The position numbers were made by a program, and so were the translations under genes. Under the pieces are notes generated by a model. That model saw nothing but the letters and a program-made list of their open reading frames with translations, made no database searches and was not told where the DNA came from. A stretch of DNA of 47,964 nucleotides. It comes from Barthelona sp. PAP020. Taxonomy: Eukaryota. The stretch lies in NCBI GenBank assembly GCA_040182905.1, contig JARQWU010000049.1, positions 1 through 47,964 on the forward strand, written 5' to 3'. Of the stretch, positions 31,333-41,560 are shown piece after piece. The number at the start of each line of letters is the position of its first letter. Positions within the stretch are counted from its first letter, which is position 1.

Positions 31333-34300
31333 ATGGACAGTCTAAATGAAGGAAATATGAATGTGGAAATTATTGGAATTCAAGCCGATATTGGTGATTT
31401 GGAAGATTGGAATGATGATTTTATTTTAGCTTCTGAACAACAAATTAATGAATTATCATTACAACCGAATACAAAATCGATTATGTTAGGGGACAATAAC
31501 AGATTTGTTCCTGTAACCATTAGTTCTATATTTACTGATATATTGTATCAAGTAGAAGAATATATAAAAACACTGAATGAATATGATTTAGAGCGAATTA
31601 CACAAAATCATATAAATTTTGATTATGAACAATTGAGTTCCAATGATCTAATAGAATTTTGTTCTATCGAAGATTTATCAAGCAGTGGAGCTCGTCAATT
31701 ACAGCAGTTAAAATGGAATTTGGCTATTTTACACAAAGAAGATGACTACCATGCAATTGCTGAAACGGCTTTTCGTATGAGCAATTATTATTTCGAACAA
31801 AGCGATTTTGATGAAGGCTTTAAGTGTTTAAATGATTGTATTGATTCGTTAGAATCTGTTGAAGGAAAAGAAGGGCATTTAGCTCTTATCTTTGTCTTAC
31901 TTACCGCTGCGAGAATGTTATCTCATTTTGGATTTCAATCTCATTGTGGATTGGCAAGATGGGATTTATTAGAACGAGCTATTGATCTTGCTACAAATTA
32001 TTGTCGAGAATGGTTGCCTATCATATATGGATTATCTTCTGCTTTGTCAAGTGATACAACAGAAGCTGCAAAAGAAAGTATTTTTGCATTGGAGGCATAT
32101 TTATACAATCTAAAGAACAATCTAACACCTGCATTGATACGAGGATTTGAGGATTGGGCTAATATTTTAGGATTTTATTGGTCCTTGCTAGAATATATTG
32201 TTAGACCTGCATCTTTGTTGATAAATATGGGATTGGATTCTTCATTGGAACCGTGTCAAATTTCCATCAGAATTTTAAACTATTTACAATTGTCAAATAC
32301 TCAAACACAGTTAAAAGATAAATTGAAGCACAGTGTGGCCATAAAAGAAACAGAATTGAAAGAAGTTGTGAATCGCAATGAATGGAATGGAGATAACAGT
32401 TTAGATTGGGATATTGAATTTGGATTTGATCAAGCTGATGTTATGGATTTAGACATTCAATTTTTATTGGGGCAAAATAATGAGGAAGAAGATGTTATTG
32501 GAGACACTTTTCAATTTTGGCAAATTCCACAAATTGAGATCAATCAAATCAAGACAAAATTACTTAGTCAACCAATATTTTTGGATGGATCTTCAGATTA
32601 TGTGTTGAATCCAGTTAGAAATTCGTTGATTATCAATGAGGAACGATTAATTGTTGAAGAATTTCAAACTTCTTCTTCTTCTCAATTTTTGCATAGAATC
32701 AAGCAATTTGCAATGATCAGTTTGCCAATAAATCAACAAGAGATCATTCCTACAAGAGGAAGTGCCGCTTGGGCACTATATTTTGAAAAAAGAGCTTTAT
32801 TCTTCTTTGATAAGAAGAGAGATTCATTGTTATTGACAACTATTGAATTATTTGTTGAACAATTACAGGAATTAAGCAATCTCAAATATCCAACAAAAGA
32901 TGAAATAAAAGAAAGATTCTTAATCATTCAATCAGGCATTGAGATGCTAAAGAGATTATATATTATTAATATAAAAAATAAAGGAAGAGTTTTGAAGTTT
33001 TTAAAAATTTATGAAAAGTTCTTTCCATTTTACAAAAACTTTTTGAATTTATTCACAATTCAACTGTTTTTACATGAATGTCTACTAATGCATACGCATG
33101 ATAATGAACTAGATATTGCTATGGTGAATCAAATCAATCAAATTCTATTACCTTTTGATACCATCAAAGCTTTACCTGATAGAGTTGCTTATTGTTTGCT
33201 CATAAGCTATTTCCATTTTTATGACTTCGGTATATCTCCATTAACCTTTCAAACTAATGAGTTTTATTTGAATCGATTGTTTGAACGTCAAATAAATACA
33301 GATTCAATTTTTCTGAAAAATAAGATCACTTTAATATTTGATTTGCATCGAATTGATTTAAGACAAGAGATTATTGAGACGCTTTGTGATAATGAATTGC
33401 AATTTACTGTTCCAAGCAATGTTAAGCCTTATTTATATTTAGCAAGTGGAATGTATCTATTGCAAAAGAAGAAGTATATTTTAGCAGAACGATATCTGAC
33501 CACTTCCGTTGTTAGTGTTGATTTAAGCATTGAAAATGCTTCATTATCTTGTCTAATTTTGTTAATATATGGGTATATCAATGTTTTCAATGGTCATGTG
33601 ATATTTGCTGAGGAAAGTTTTATTTCAGCATTAAAATTATGTGGTAAAAGACATTGGAATGATTGGAAGAGAAATATTGGGTTATATATGGGAAGAATTT
33701 TATTGAAATTAAGAGAATATTCTCTGTCAAAAAAGTTTTTTATTGATATATATTTGAGTGAGGTTGATATGAAATTGAAGCGTCAAATCCTCGCAAAATT
33801 ATTGGAAGCTGCTTGGATTGATGGAAATTTTGTTCATCTTGAAAAAATTATCATAATTTTTTTTGATTTTTTTTCAAATCAACAAAAATTCGAAAATTTT
33901 CAATATTTCGAATATTTTGATATCGAATTATATATATTATTTATTAAATTCATTCTAAAATCAAAATTAATCGGTATTTTGGAGCCAATCTTTTTAACTT
34001 TTTCTGTAAATGAAAGCAAAATTTCAAACACTCAAAAAAAAACGTTGAATGAACTATTTATTCAATATAATCTTTGTAAAGGCAATCCTTTTATAAAGAA
34101 TACTGATGAAAATGTTGAAAAGCTTAATTCTAATTCCATAGATTATTTATCATTGTTTAAATCTGAATTTAAACAAGATGATGAAATACCAAACCCCAAT
34201 TCAACTACTTCCACTTCAATAGAATCTTCAAGTTCGTTTAATTTGAGAAAGAAAACTTCAATTTTTCAAAAAAACTTACACCTTACTTTCATGATGAAAA

Positions 34301-36723
34301 TTAAGTGTTTGAATACCATGCAATGTCGTTTAAATCCTATATCAACTAGACAAACAGTAATCAATTATTTATCACAAACTTCTTCTTTACAAGCACGTTT
34401 AAAACTTCGATTGTTGATCAATGAATTGATATCTATTGGTTATGCAATAAACACTTCTGATAAACAAAGAATAGCATTGGTTTTATCCAATGTATCAATA
34501 TTTTTCAGTATTTATAACAATTTTGCTAATATACAAGACAATCTGGTTCATGAATATTTATTAAAGATCTGTTGGTTGCTATGTGAATTAAATTTCGAAG
34601 ATATATTTTTGTATGAAAAGAAATCTTTGATTAATGATGGAACTCTTGCTAATATTATTGAAAAGGCAAAGCTTTCTGTTGAATATTTTGCTAGGAGAGG
34701 ATCTATTTTGAAATATGTTGATCTATTATTGAGTTTATCTCAATTAATGTTCATTCAAGCAAAATTATTGAATATTAAAGCTTCAAGTCAGGTAATGAAA
34801 TGCTTTTTATTGAGTAGAGATGTTTTTTGGGCATTTTTTATGGTGAATAATGTTTGTCCTTTCTGTTTGATTGCTAAATATGTTGATAAAGAGTTTCTTT
34901 TGGAAATTCAACAGATTTTACATCGTATGGGGGTGATGAGTATTGTATTATTAAATAATCCAACAGAGTTAATGGATCATCTGGTCATTTTTGATGCAAT
35001 CACTCAATTTCCAGTTGATTTTGAGAAAGGAAATCGATGTGATTTTACAACACTTGGTACAGATTACTTTGATGAATTAAATGACAAATCGAATGACAAA
35101 ATAACTGCTTCCACAATTGAGAAGGTTACTTCTCCTTACTCAATTGACAATGAACATGAAATTACTGTTGATGAAGAAGTAGAATTCCCTTCTATCTTTG
35201 TAGTTTTTAATATTCTTCAATCATTAGAACAGAATAAAAACAAATTAGATATGGTAAGCACCTCCTTGAAACATGTACTTAATTTGATGAGTGACATTAG
35301 GTCACATTTTCAAAACCACAAGAATTTGCCCTGTCATACTTTTGATGCGATGTCTGAAGTTATGAATAAGGCAAGAAATCCATTGTTTTCAATAAAAACC
35401 AAAAATAATACAAAGTCGGTTCGTATGTCTTTAAATGCTCAAAGATTACCCAAGGATCCTGAGATTTCAGAAGTATTTTTGAACGCTGCTAGCTCATATC
35501 ACATGAAATTTTTGGCTGTAACTGCCGGTAAAATTTCATATTGTCTGAGGAATAAAAATGGAATTACCATTGTTTTGGCAAATATTGGTTCTGTGATAGT
35601 GATTCCATTTGATCTTCTTGTTCAAGAAGGTTTTGTTGTTGATGGTCCTTCTAAGCATAATTCCACTTGTTTTGAAAAGATTGTCAATCAAGGCAACAGA
35701 CATTCTATGAGATTACTTGCTGACGATTCGGATATCGATTTAGATTCTTTAATTCTGTTCAATCCTTCGATTAACCCAAAGAATACTTCAACCACTGCTG
35801 TAAACCAAAATACCGCAACAAATACAACGAATGCAAATATTGTGGGACAAAATGATTTGTTAGCGATGACATCTCCTCCAGTCTTAACTTCACCTTCTTC
35901 AAATCTTCAAAAGTCAATGTCCTTTTTATCTAAAGTATCCAAGGAGAATTTTAAACGTCAAAGCTTATCAACTGTTAGGTATCCATCATCTGAACACATT
36001 GCATTATTAGAAAAATTGAAGAACATTAATCATCTAAAAAATCTAGCAAAAATGAAAGATTTTTATAATTATTTTGATTTCTTCAAGCAAAACTCAATTC
36101 TTCAATTGAAAAGGTTGTATAATGCAGAAGATTCTTTGGTTTTATTGAGAGACCCGTCATTAGCTGAAATACCTTTGAACCTTTTCTTTGATCATTCACA
36201 AATATATCATAATTGTTCAGTTTTTTCTTTGTCTACTCGAATTTCAACAAATGAATTGAACATTTCACCTGTATTTTACGTCTTTGAACCTATTTCCAAT
36301 TCTAGTTATCAACCTCAATTTTGTTGTTTTGATGGTCTTCAATTCCCAAGAAGAACAGCTTCAATGATCAATTTAGGTAAAGGACAAAACATTTTTGAAT
36401 CGTTAAATCGATTAGAAGAATCAGAGATGCCAATCATTTTGATTAATGCCGTTGATATGAATTGTGGTATAATAAATGATTTGTTGGCTTCCAATAGTTC
36501 AAAAAAATCGAATTATTTGGAAAGAAATCTTGATTTTTTGCCAATTGTATCCATTTTCTCAAATAAAGAAAATGTTGGACCTGTAGTTTTGAATTGTATT
36601 CAAAAACATTTTTCTTCTCATTGTGTGTCGTTTTCTAATTTAGATAGAATTTTTTATGAAGTTGAAAAAGAGCTTTATAAACAAAATATTTACATTGAAT
36701 TGTATAAAACTTTACGTATTTAA
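31333..36723 (+). CDS. Large helical-repeat (TPR-like) protein, 1796 aa, unknown function
   Basis: Uninterrupted 5.4-kb ORF; TPR-like segments (AESFISAL-type, YLASGMYLLQKKKYILAERYL); acidic EDWNDDF and LDWDIEFG motifs. Confidence 0.8.
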   Translation: MDSLNEGNMNVEIIGIQADIGDLEDWNDDFILASEQQINELSLQPNTKSIMLGDNNRFVPVTISSIFTDILYQVEEYIKTLNEYDLERITQNHINFDYEQLSSNDLIEFCSIEDLSSSGARQLQQLKWNLAILHKEDDYHAIAETAFRMSNYYFEQSDFDEGFKCLNDCIDSLESVEGKEGHLALIFVLLTAARMLSHFGFQSHCGLARWDLLERAIDLATNYCREWLPIIYGLSSALSSDTTEAAKESIFALEAYLYNLKNNLTPALIRGFEDWANILGFYWSLLEYIVRPASLLINMGLDSSLEPCQISIRILNYLQLSNTQTQLKDKLKHSVAIKETELKEVVNRNEWNGDNSLDWDIEFGFDQADVMDLDIQFLLGQNNEEEDVIGDTFQFWQIPQIEINQIKTKLLSQPIFLDGSSDYVLNPVRNSLIINEERLIVEEFQTSSSSQFLHRIKQFAMISLPINQQEIIPTRGSAAWALYFEKRALFFFDKKRDSLLLTTIELFVEQLQELSNLKYPTKDEIKERFLIIQSGIEMLKRLYIINIKNKGRVLKFLKIYEKFFPFYKNFLNLFTIQLFLHECLLMHTHDNELDIAMVNQINQILLPFDTIKALPDRVAYCLLISYFHFYDFGISPLTFQTNEFYLNRLFERQINTDSIFLKNKITLIFDLHRIDLRQEIIETLCDNELQFTVPSNVKPYLYLASGMYLLQKKKYILAERYLTTSVVSVDLSIENASLSCLILLIYGYINVFNGHVIFAEESFISALKLCGKRHWNDWKRNIGLYMGRILLKLREYSLSKKFFIDIYLSEVDMKLKRQILAKLLEAAWIDGNFVHLEKIIIIFFDFFSNQQKFENFQYFEYFDIELYILFIKFILKSKLIGILEPIFLTFSVNESKISNTQKKTLNELFIQYNLCKGNPFIKNTDENVEKLNSNSIDYLSLFKSEFKQDDEIPNPNSTTSTSIESSSSFNLRKKTSIFQKNLHLTFMMKIKCLNTMQCRLNPISTRQTVINYLSQTSSLQARLKLRLLINELISIGYAINTSDKQRIALVLSNVSIFFSIYNNFANIQDNLVHEYLLKICWLLCELNFEDIFLYEKKSLINDGTLANIIEKAKLSVEYFARRGSILKYVDLLLSLSQLMFIQAKLLNIKASSQVMKCFLLSRDVFWAFFMVNNVCPFCLIAKYVDKEFLLEIQQILHRMGVMSIVLLNNPTELMDHLVIFDAITQFPVDFEKGNRCDFTTLGTDYFDELNDKSNDKITASTIEKVTSPYSIDNEHEITVDEEVEFPSIFVVFNILQSLEQNKNKLDMVSTSLKHVLNLMSDIRSHFQNHKNLPCHTFDAMSEVMNKARNPLFSIKTKNNTKSVRMSLNAQRLPKDPEISEVFLNAASSYHMKFLAVTAGKISYCLRNKNGITIVLANIGSVIVIPFDLLVQEGFVVDGPSKHNSTCFEKIVNQGNRHSMRLLADDSDIDLDSLILFNPSINPKNTSTTAVNQNTATNTTNANIVGQNDLLAMTSPPVLTSPSSNLQKSMSFLSKVSKENFKRQSLSTVRYPSSEHIALLEKLKNINHLKNLAKMKDFYNYFDFFKQNSILQLKRLYNAEDSLVLLRDPSLAEIPLNLFFDHSQIYHNCSVFSLSTRISTNELNISPVFYVFEPISNSSYQPQFCCFDGLQFPRRTASMINLGKGQNIFESLNRLEESEMPIILINAVDMNCGIINDLLASNSSKKSNYLERNLDFLPIVSIFSNKENVGPVVLNCIQKHFSSHCVSFSNLDRIFYEVEKELYKQNIYIELYKTLRI

Positions 36724-37052
36724 TTTGATGTGTGGATTTTATTGATATTTTTAAAAGATATAGTGATGTAAATAAAATTGTTTTTTTTTTTGTTTTTTGT
36801 TTTTTTAAAGGAAATAATTCACAGAATTTTAGGATTAAATATGAAATATTTTGTTTTGTATTAAAATAGATTCAAATATTTTGAAATTGGAAAATGCAGG
36901 CAAAGAGATCAGTTCTCACTTTGGAAACATTGGATTTTCTGTCAAAAAATAGTCTTTAAAGTAGCTTCAAGAATATCTCAAAGCGGATACCTGATGTTTA
37001 ACACAGAAAAAAAAAAAAAAAAAGGAAAAAGAAAACTCATGTATTTACATAT

Positions 37053-37727
37053 TTACAAAATAGAAATTGTTGATTTAGAACTGTCATTTATGTTGATTCT
37101 AACTTCTTTCTTCAACACTTTTGAAAAAATAATATAAAGTATCGAAAGTACTAATATAATACTGATAGATATAAAGACAATATCAACATTGTGTTGTTCA
37201 AAATTTTTATAAATATAATGATCAAAAGATAAAGTATTCCCAGATAACTCCTTATACTCACTGCTTTTCAATTGTAATTTTAAGTTTAAATGAAACGTTG
37301 TACGACTAAAAAAACTAAATTCAGCTTTTAAAACAGGTTTATGATAAGAATCAAAATCGTTAGACAATTCACATTTGTATTTTCCTGCAGCAGATTCAAC
37401 ATCACAATTAGAATTGTTAAAATCAATATAAGCTTCTATTTGCTCCGAAGTTAATGTTGAAAATGAGTATTTAGAATCAGGAATATTTTCAAGTCTTAAT
37501 AAATATGTTGCAGTAGCCAATTGTTCTGTGATCGTTTCATCTTTACGTTTTGAAGAAATCACAACACCTTCAATATTAAAAGCATTTTCATTTGAATTTA
37601 AACCAATACAAATTCTCAAAGCATCAGAAGAATCGGAAGAACAACTTTCATACTTTGTTTGGTTATCGCATCTCACCAATATTAGAGTAATAATAATCAT
37701 TAACAAACAAATATTATTACATTTCAT
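37053..37727 (-). CDS. Type I membrane protein (signal peptide, Cys-containing ectodomain, C-terminal TM)
   Basis: MKCNNICLLMIIITLILVRC signal-like start (ATG 37727) and TM helix IVFISISIILVLSILYIIF followed by a basic tail. Confidence 0.75.
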   Translation of the reverse strand: MKCNNICLLMIIITLILVRCDNQTKYESCSSDSSDALRICIGLNSNENAFNIEGVVISSKRKDETITEQLATATYLLRLENIPDSKYSFSTLTSEQIEAYIDFNNSNCDVESAAGKYKCELSNDFDSYHKPVLKAEFSFFSRTTFHLNLKLQLKSSEYKELSGNTLSFDHYIYKNFEQHNVDIVFISISIILVLSILYIIFSKVLKKEVRININDSSKSTISIL

Positions 37728-37977
37728 TTTAAAAACTAAAAATTCAATAAGTTTTTCTTTGATCAAAAAATATCATTTTTTTTTAATAAAATAAGTGAAT
37801 AAAAGAAAAAATTTCTTTAACTTTAACAAATTTGGGTTTAGTTGAAAAAAGAAAATTGAACACCACAATCAAAAAAGAAAATTATATAAATTAAAAATAA
37901 AATAAAATAAAATAAAAAATTTGACGGTTATTTCAATTGCTTTATCAAAAATTGAAACTATTTGAAAAGATAATGTA

Positions 37978-38288
37978 AATTTCGGTAAAAATTTGGTCTA
38001 GTTGTGAAACAACTATATTTATTTACAAAGACAGTAAACTCAGAAAACGCATTTTAGCAAATTTCAGTCAAAATCCCAGGGGGAAATTGAGAGACTGAAA
38101 TGTAATTGGAACAATCAAGTAGGAGAATTTTGGAAAAATTTGGTCCAGTTGTGAAACAACTATATTTATTTACAAAGAAAGTAAACTCAGAAAACTCATT
38201 CTAGCAAATTTCAGTCAAAATCCCAAGAGGGGAATTGAGGGACTGAAATGTAATTTGAACGATCAAGTAGGAGAATTTCGGAGAAATT
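37978..38288 (+). repeat. Tandem direct repeat, ~147-148 bp x2 plus a partial third unit
   Basis: gttgtgaaacaactatatttatttacaaag at 38001 and 38148; both units continue through taaactcagaaaac...tagcaaatttcagtcaaaatccc...gactgaaatgtaatt...atcaagtaggagaattt. Confidence 0.95.
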
Positions 38289-38883
38289 CTTCATTCCTAT
38301 TTTTTTGTATTTTTGCAAAAGCAAAATTTTAAAGTTTAAACTTTTCCTTAGAAAATCTAAAGCTTTTCAACAGATCAATCGGGCCTCGAAAGCCTTTAAC
38401 CAAATAAACACTATTCTTTTTTATTCACTCATACGCACAGTGCTTCTTGGCTTGGAAATAATGGTTATTGGTTTACAAGGTCCGATCGAACTGTTGAAAA
38501 CTTTGGATTTTCTAAGGAAAGTTTAAACTTTAAAATTTTACTTTACTTCATACAAAAAAGTGGCAATGTAGAATTTCTCTAAAATTCTCCCACTAGATCG
38601 TTAATGTGGAAGTTCATACTCAATGAACGGAATTTATTGGAGATATAAAGAGGTCATCAAGTATCAATTCCGTTATTTGTTGTTTCTTGACCACTTTTAA
38701 GTCCAATTTCTTTAAGTTACCTGGGCATGAATCCACGTGAGTTTTTTCCAAACCTTAAGCTAACTCGTTCCGTTGTTTACTGAACAACTCATACCTCATA
38801 AATATCTAACAAAGAAATTTTAGTCCCTCAATTTTTCCCCTAGGTTTTGACTGAAATTTGCTAGAATGAGTTTTCTGAGTTTA
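38182..38883. repeat. Long imperfect inverted repeat (foldback/MITE-like) with an interrupted right arm
   Basis: 38258-38386 pairs with 38478-38602 (~90-bp loop); 38182-38249 pairs with 38817-38883; a ~214-bp unrelated insert occupies 38603-38816. Confidence 0.9.
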
Positions 38884-39223
38884 TATTCAATCAAAAATAA
38901 GCATGTGTGCAGTTTTTTGATGTTAAACTCCTGCAAATGTCAAGAATTTCAAGTTTATCCATATTAAGACATATTTTTCAAAGGAAAAAGCCCTCAAAAT
39001 ATTTTGAGTAGTGTTATCATTTATAAATTTAACATTTTTTGAAATCACAACTTGTGGAAATTAAAAACCAAATTTCTGTCAAAAAAGTTCGTTTCAGGTA
39101 AATAACAAATATTGAACAGAATATTACACTACTTTATTGAATAATACAATAAATCAAAATCGAACAGATGGTTAAAAAAAAAGATGATATTTTTTTTTCA
39201 CCATTTAACATTCCTTTTCACAC
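38884..39223 (+). promoter_or_regulatory. Conserved upstream region of the WD40 cassette gene (paralog of 41225-41560)
   Basis: Colinear similarity with 41225-41560 (gtttatcca.attaag.catattttt.aaaggaaaaag.cctcaaaatat.ttgagt.gtgtta..atttataaatttaac) up to both ATGs. Promoter function is inferred. Confidence 0.6.
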
Positions 39224-40285
39224 ATGTTCACCTTCGAAGAAAACCAAGGATCACACGAACTAGAACAACGTGCAAAGAAACGCAGAAAGATTGGTCATTT
39301 GACAAACCAATTGAATGACCTTATGAACAAAAATAACAGAGAACAACTCAATGAAAATACAAAGCAAATTGTTCGAGCAGTCGAAAGATTTGGAGAAAGG
39401 CCTGTGTTTTGTGAGGAGTTTCCTGAAAAAAATGTTTATTCCCTTGATTACAGCCCAGATGGGCGGTTTTTTGCGGTTGCAGGATATGATAGAAAATTAC
39501 TCAGAGTCTACAACGCTGAAACACATGAAATTGTGCATGAAGGGAAGTATTTGAAGGCTATAGGTCTCAATTTTAGTCCCGACTCCAAGCTATTGGCTGT
39601 TGGTGGTTATGGTCCAGCAATTCATATCATTGAGGTTGATACTTGGAGAACATTAAGAGTGATTTCTGACATGTATGAAGAGGTAAAAAATGTTTGGTTC
39701 TCATCAGATGGCAAATTGCTTTCTTTTGGTATGGATAATGGTTACTTTGCGATATACACGGTAGAAGGACAGAAGTTGCATGAATCTCAAGCTCATGAAG
39801 AATATGTTCAATCTGTACGCATCAGCCCCGATATGAAGTATTTTGCATCTGTCAGCCATGATGGATGTTCAAAGTTGTTTTCATTGGAGACGTATGAACA
39901 ACTTCACACATGGAGTCATGATGGAAAGCAGGTCAACTCAGGCAAATTCTCACCCGATAGTGCTTATTGGGCGACAGGTGATCAAGGTGGCACAATCAGG
40001 ATTTTTGATGTTGAATCTAGAGAGTTGGTGGGAAAGTATAAGGTTCATGATTGTTGGATATACTCAATCATCTTCTCCCAAGATGGTTCATTGATTTATT
40101 TTGGTTCTTGGAAAAAATCATTTGCTGTGATTCGAAGAGAAACAGGTCAAGTGTTGCAGAAAGTGAAAGTACCTTTTTATATTCGTGATATGGCCCTCAA
40201 CTATGATGGAACTCGTTTGTTATGTAGTGGATGGAATGATTGGATTAATGTTCCAATCCAAGAATTCATTGCTTCAAACCTGTAA
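39224..40285 (+). CDS. WD40 beta-propeller protein, kinase-less member of the kinase-WD40 family
   Basis: About 7 WD repeats (LDYSPDGRFFAVAG, FSPDSKLLAVGG, VRISPDMKYFASVS, FSQDGSLIY); N-terminal RAKKRRK NLS-like motif; colinear with 41561-43654 except for 344 missing codons. Confidence 0.93.
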   Translation: MFTFEENQGSHELEQRAKKRRKIGHLTNQLNDLMNKNNREQLNENTKQIVRAVERFGERPVFCEEFPEKNVYSLDYSPDGRFFAVAGYDRKLLRVYNAETHEIVHEGKYLKAIGLNFSPDSKLLAVGGYGPAIHIIEVDTWRTLRVISDMYEEVKNVWFSSDGKLLSFGMDNGYFAIYTVEGQKLHESQAHEEYVQSVRISPDMKYFASVSHDGCSKLFSLETYEQLHTWSHDGKQVNSGKFSPDSAYWATGDQGGTIRIFDVESRELVGKYKVHDCWIYSIIFSQDGSLIYFGSWKKSFAVIRRETGQVLQKVKVPFYIRDMALNYDGTRLLCSGWNDWINVPIQEFIASNL

Positions 40286-41000
40286 AGCTTCACATTGCAT
40301 TTTGTGCTTATATCCATTATTACACGTTTTACATCGCTTCTCATGTTTTCAACTTGTAAATTTAAAACACATTTTCATTTCATCATTTGATACATTTTCA
40401 AACTGTTCTTCAACCACCCAAGTCACTCCATATCCTAATAACAACAACAAAACCACCAATCAACCTAGCAAAACAATTGAACAATCAAATGATTTGAGAA
40501 ATTCAAGATCCCAAACCTTTATCTTCTTATTTTTGCGATGTCTCTCATCATTTGGATGAAAAATCCTTTAATTTGAACCAATTTAATAGGTTGGTGGACA
40601 TGAAATCTCAAACATGTCGCATTGAAATTGATGCAACAGCCTCCAACAACATAAAGTCCGTTAAATCGGGGTGTTTTCAAATAAAAACGAGGCTTTATAT
40701 CCCATCCCAATGAGTTTATATCTCCAATTCACTTTTAATTATGTTGTCTTTTGTTCTTTCAAGACCAGTTTGACATTTTTGGATTAATAGAACAGATGAT
40801 CAAGGGCTTTGATCAATTATCTTAAAAATATCAAACGAATTCTTGGGTAGGGATCAAACAATGTAACTTTTAGAGAAAAGAAAAGGAGAACTTTCATTGT
40901 GGACAATTGTGGAACGTTTTCCCTTGAGAAGAAAGTGAACTGGAGAAATTCAATTGTGATAAGCAAGTGTAAACTTGGAATCATGTTTCTTGTCCCAGTT

Positions 41001-41192
41001 CTTTTGCAATTTTGAGGAAGCAAAATGTTGAAGTTCTTTCTTTTCATTTTAAAAACATCTAGAGTCTTTCAGCAGATCAATCGGGTTTCAAAAACTTTTT
41101 ACCAAATAAACGCATTCTTTCTTATTCACTCATACACTCAGTGCTTCATGGCCTATTGTTGCATTGTGAAACAACCATATTATCCATTTACA
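41001..41192 (+). repeat. Copy of the cassette 5' non-coding module
   Basis: 41001-41152 resembles 38302-38452 (cagatcaatcggg...accaaataaac...ttattcactcatac.c.cagtgcttc.tggc). 41165-41192 ttgtgaaacaac...tttaca resembles the tandem-unit start at ~38002. Confidence 0.85.
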
Positions 41193-41560
41193 GGGAAAAA
41201 AAGGCTGTTGTTATTTGTCCAATCTATTTAATCAAGAATAACTATGTTCAATTTTGACATGGAACTCATGCTGAAGCCAAGCATTGTTTATCCACATTAA
41301 GCCATATTTTTGAAAGGAAAAAGACCTCAAAATATCTTGAGTGGTGTTAATATTTATAAATTTAACGATTTTTGAAATCACACTTTTTGGAAATCAAAAA
41401 TAAGATTTGTGTTAAAAGAGTTCTTTTAAGATAAATAACAAATATGAACAGAATATTATTCTACTTTATTGAATTATACAACAAATTGAATTGCAACAGA
41501 AAGCTAAAAAAAAAAGTTGAAAAGATTTTTTCAACATTTCATCATAATTTTTTTTCACCC

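Noticed and set aside
36880..37010. Possible C/D snoRNA (CTGA at ~36991 after a GC-richer stretch)
   Set aside because: No convincing C box or terminal stem, and no rRNA complement I could recognise.
37978..38288. CRISPR array
   Set aside because: Only two ~148-bp units with no unique spacers and no cas genes, in a eukaryotic context.
38305..41231. Small similar ORFs 38305-38526 and 41025-41231, and ORFs 14474-14827, 40185-40559 and 43572-43760
   Set aside because: Their mutual similarity reflects the shared repeat modules or off-frame reading of the WD40 tail; starts and stops are not conserved between copies.
41444..41560. 39-aa N-terminal extension of the kinase-WD40 ORF
   Set aside because: The paralogous upstream region (39105-39223) is not open in the same frame; both genes share the ATG at MFTFEEN.
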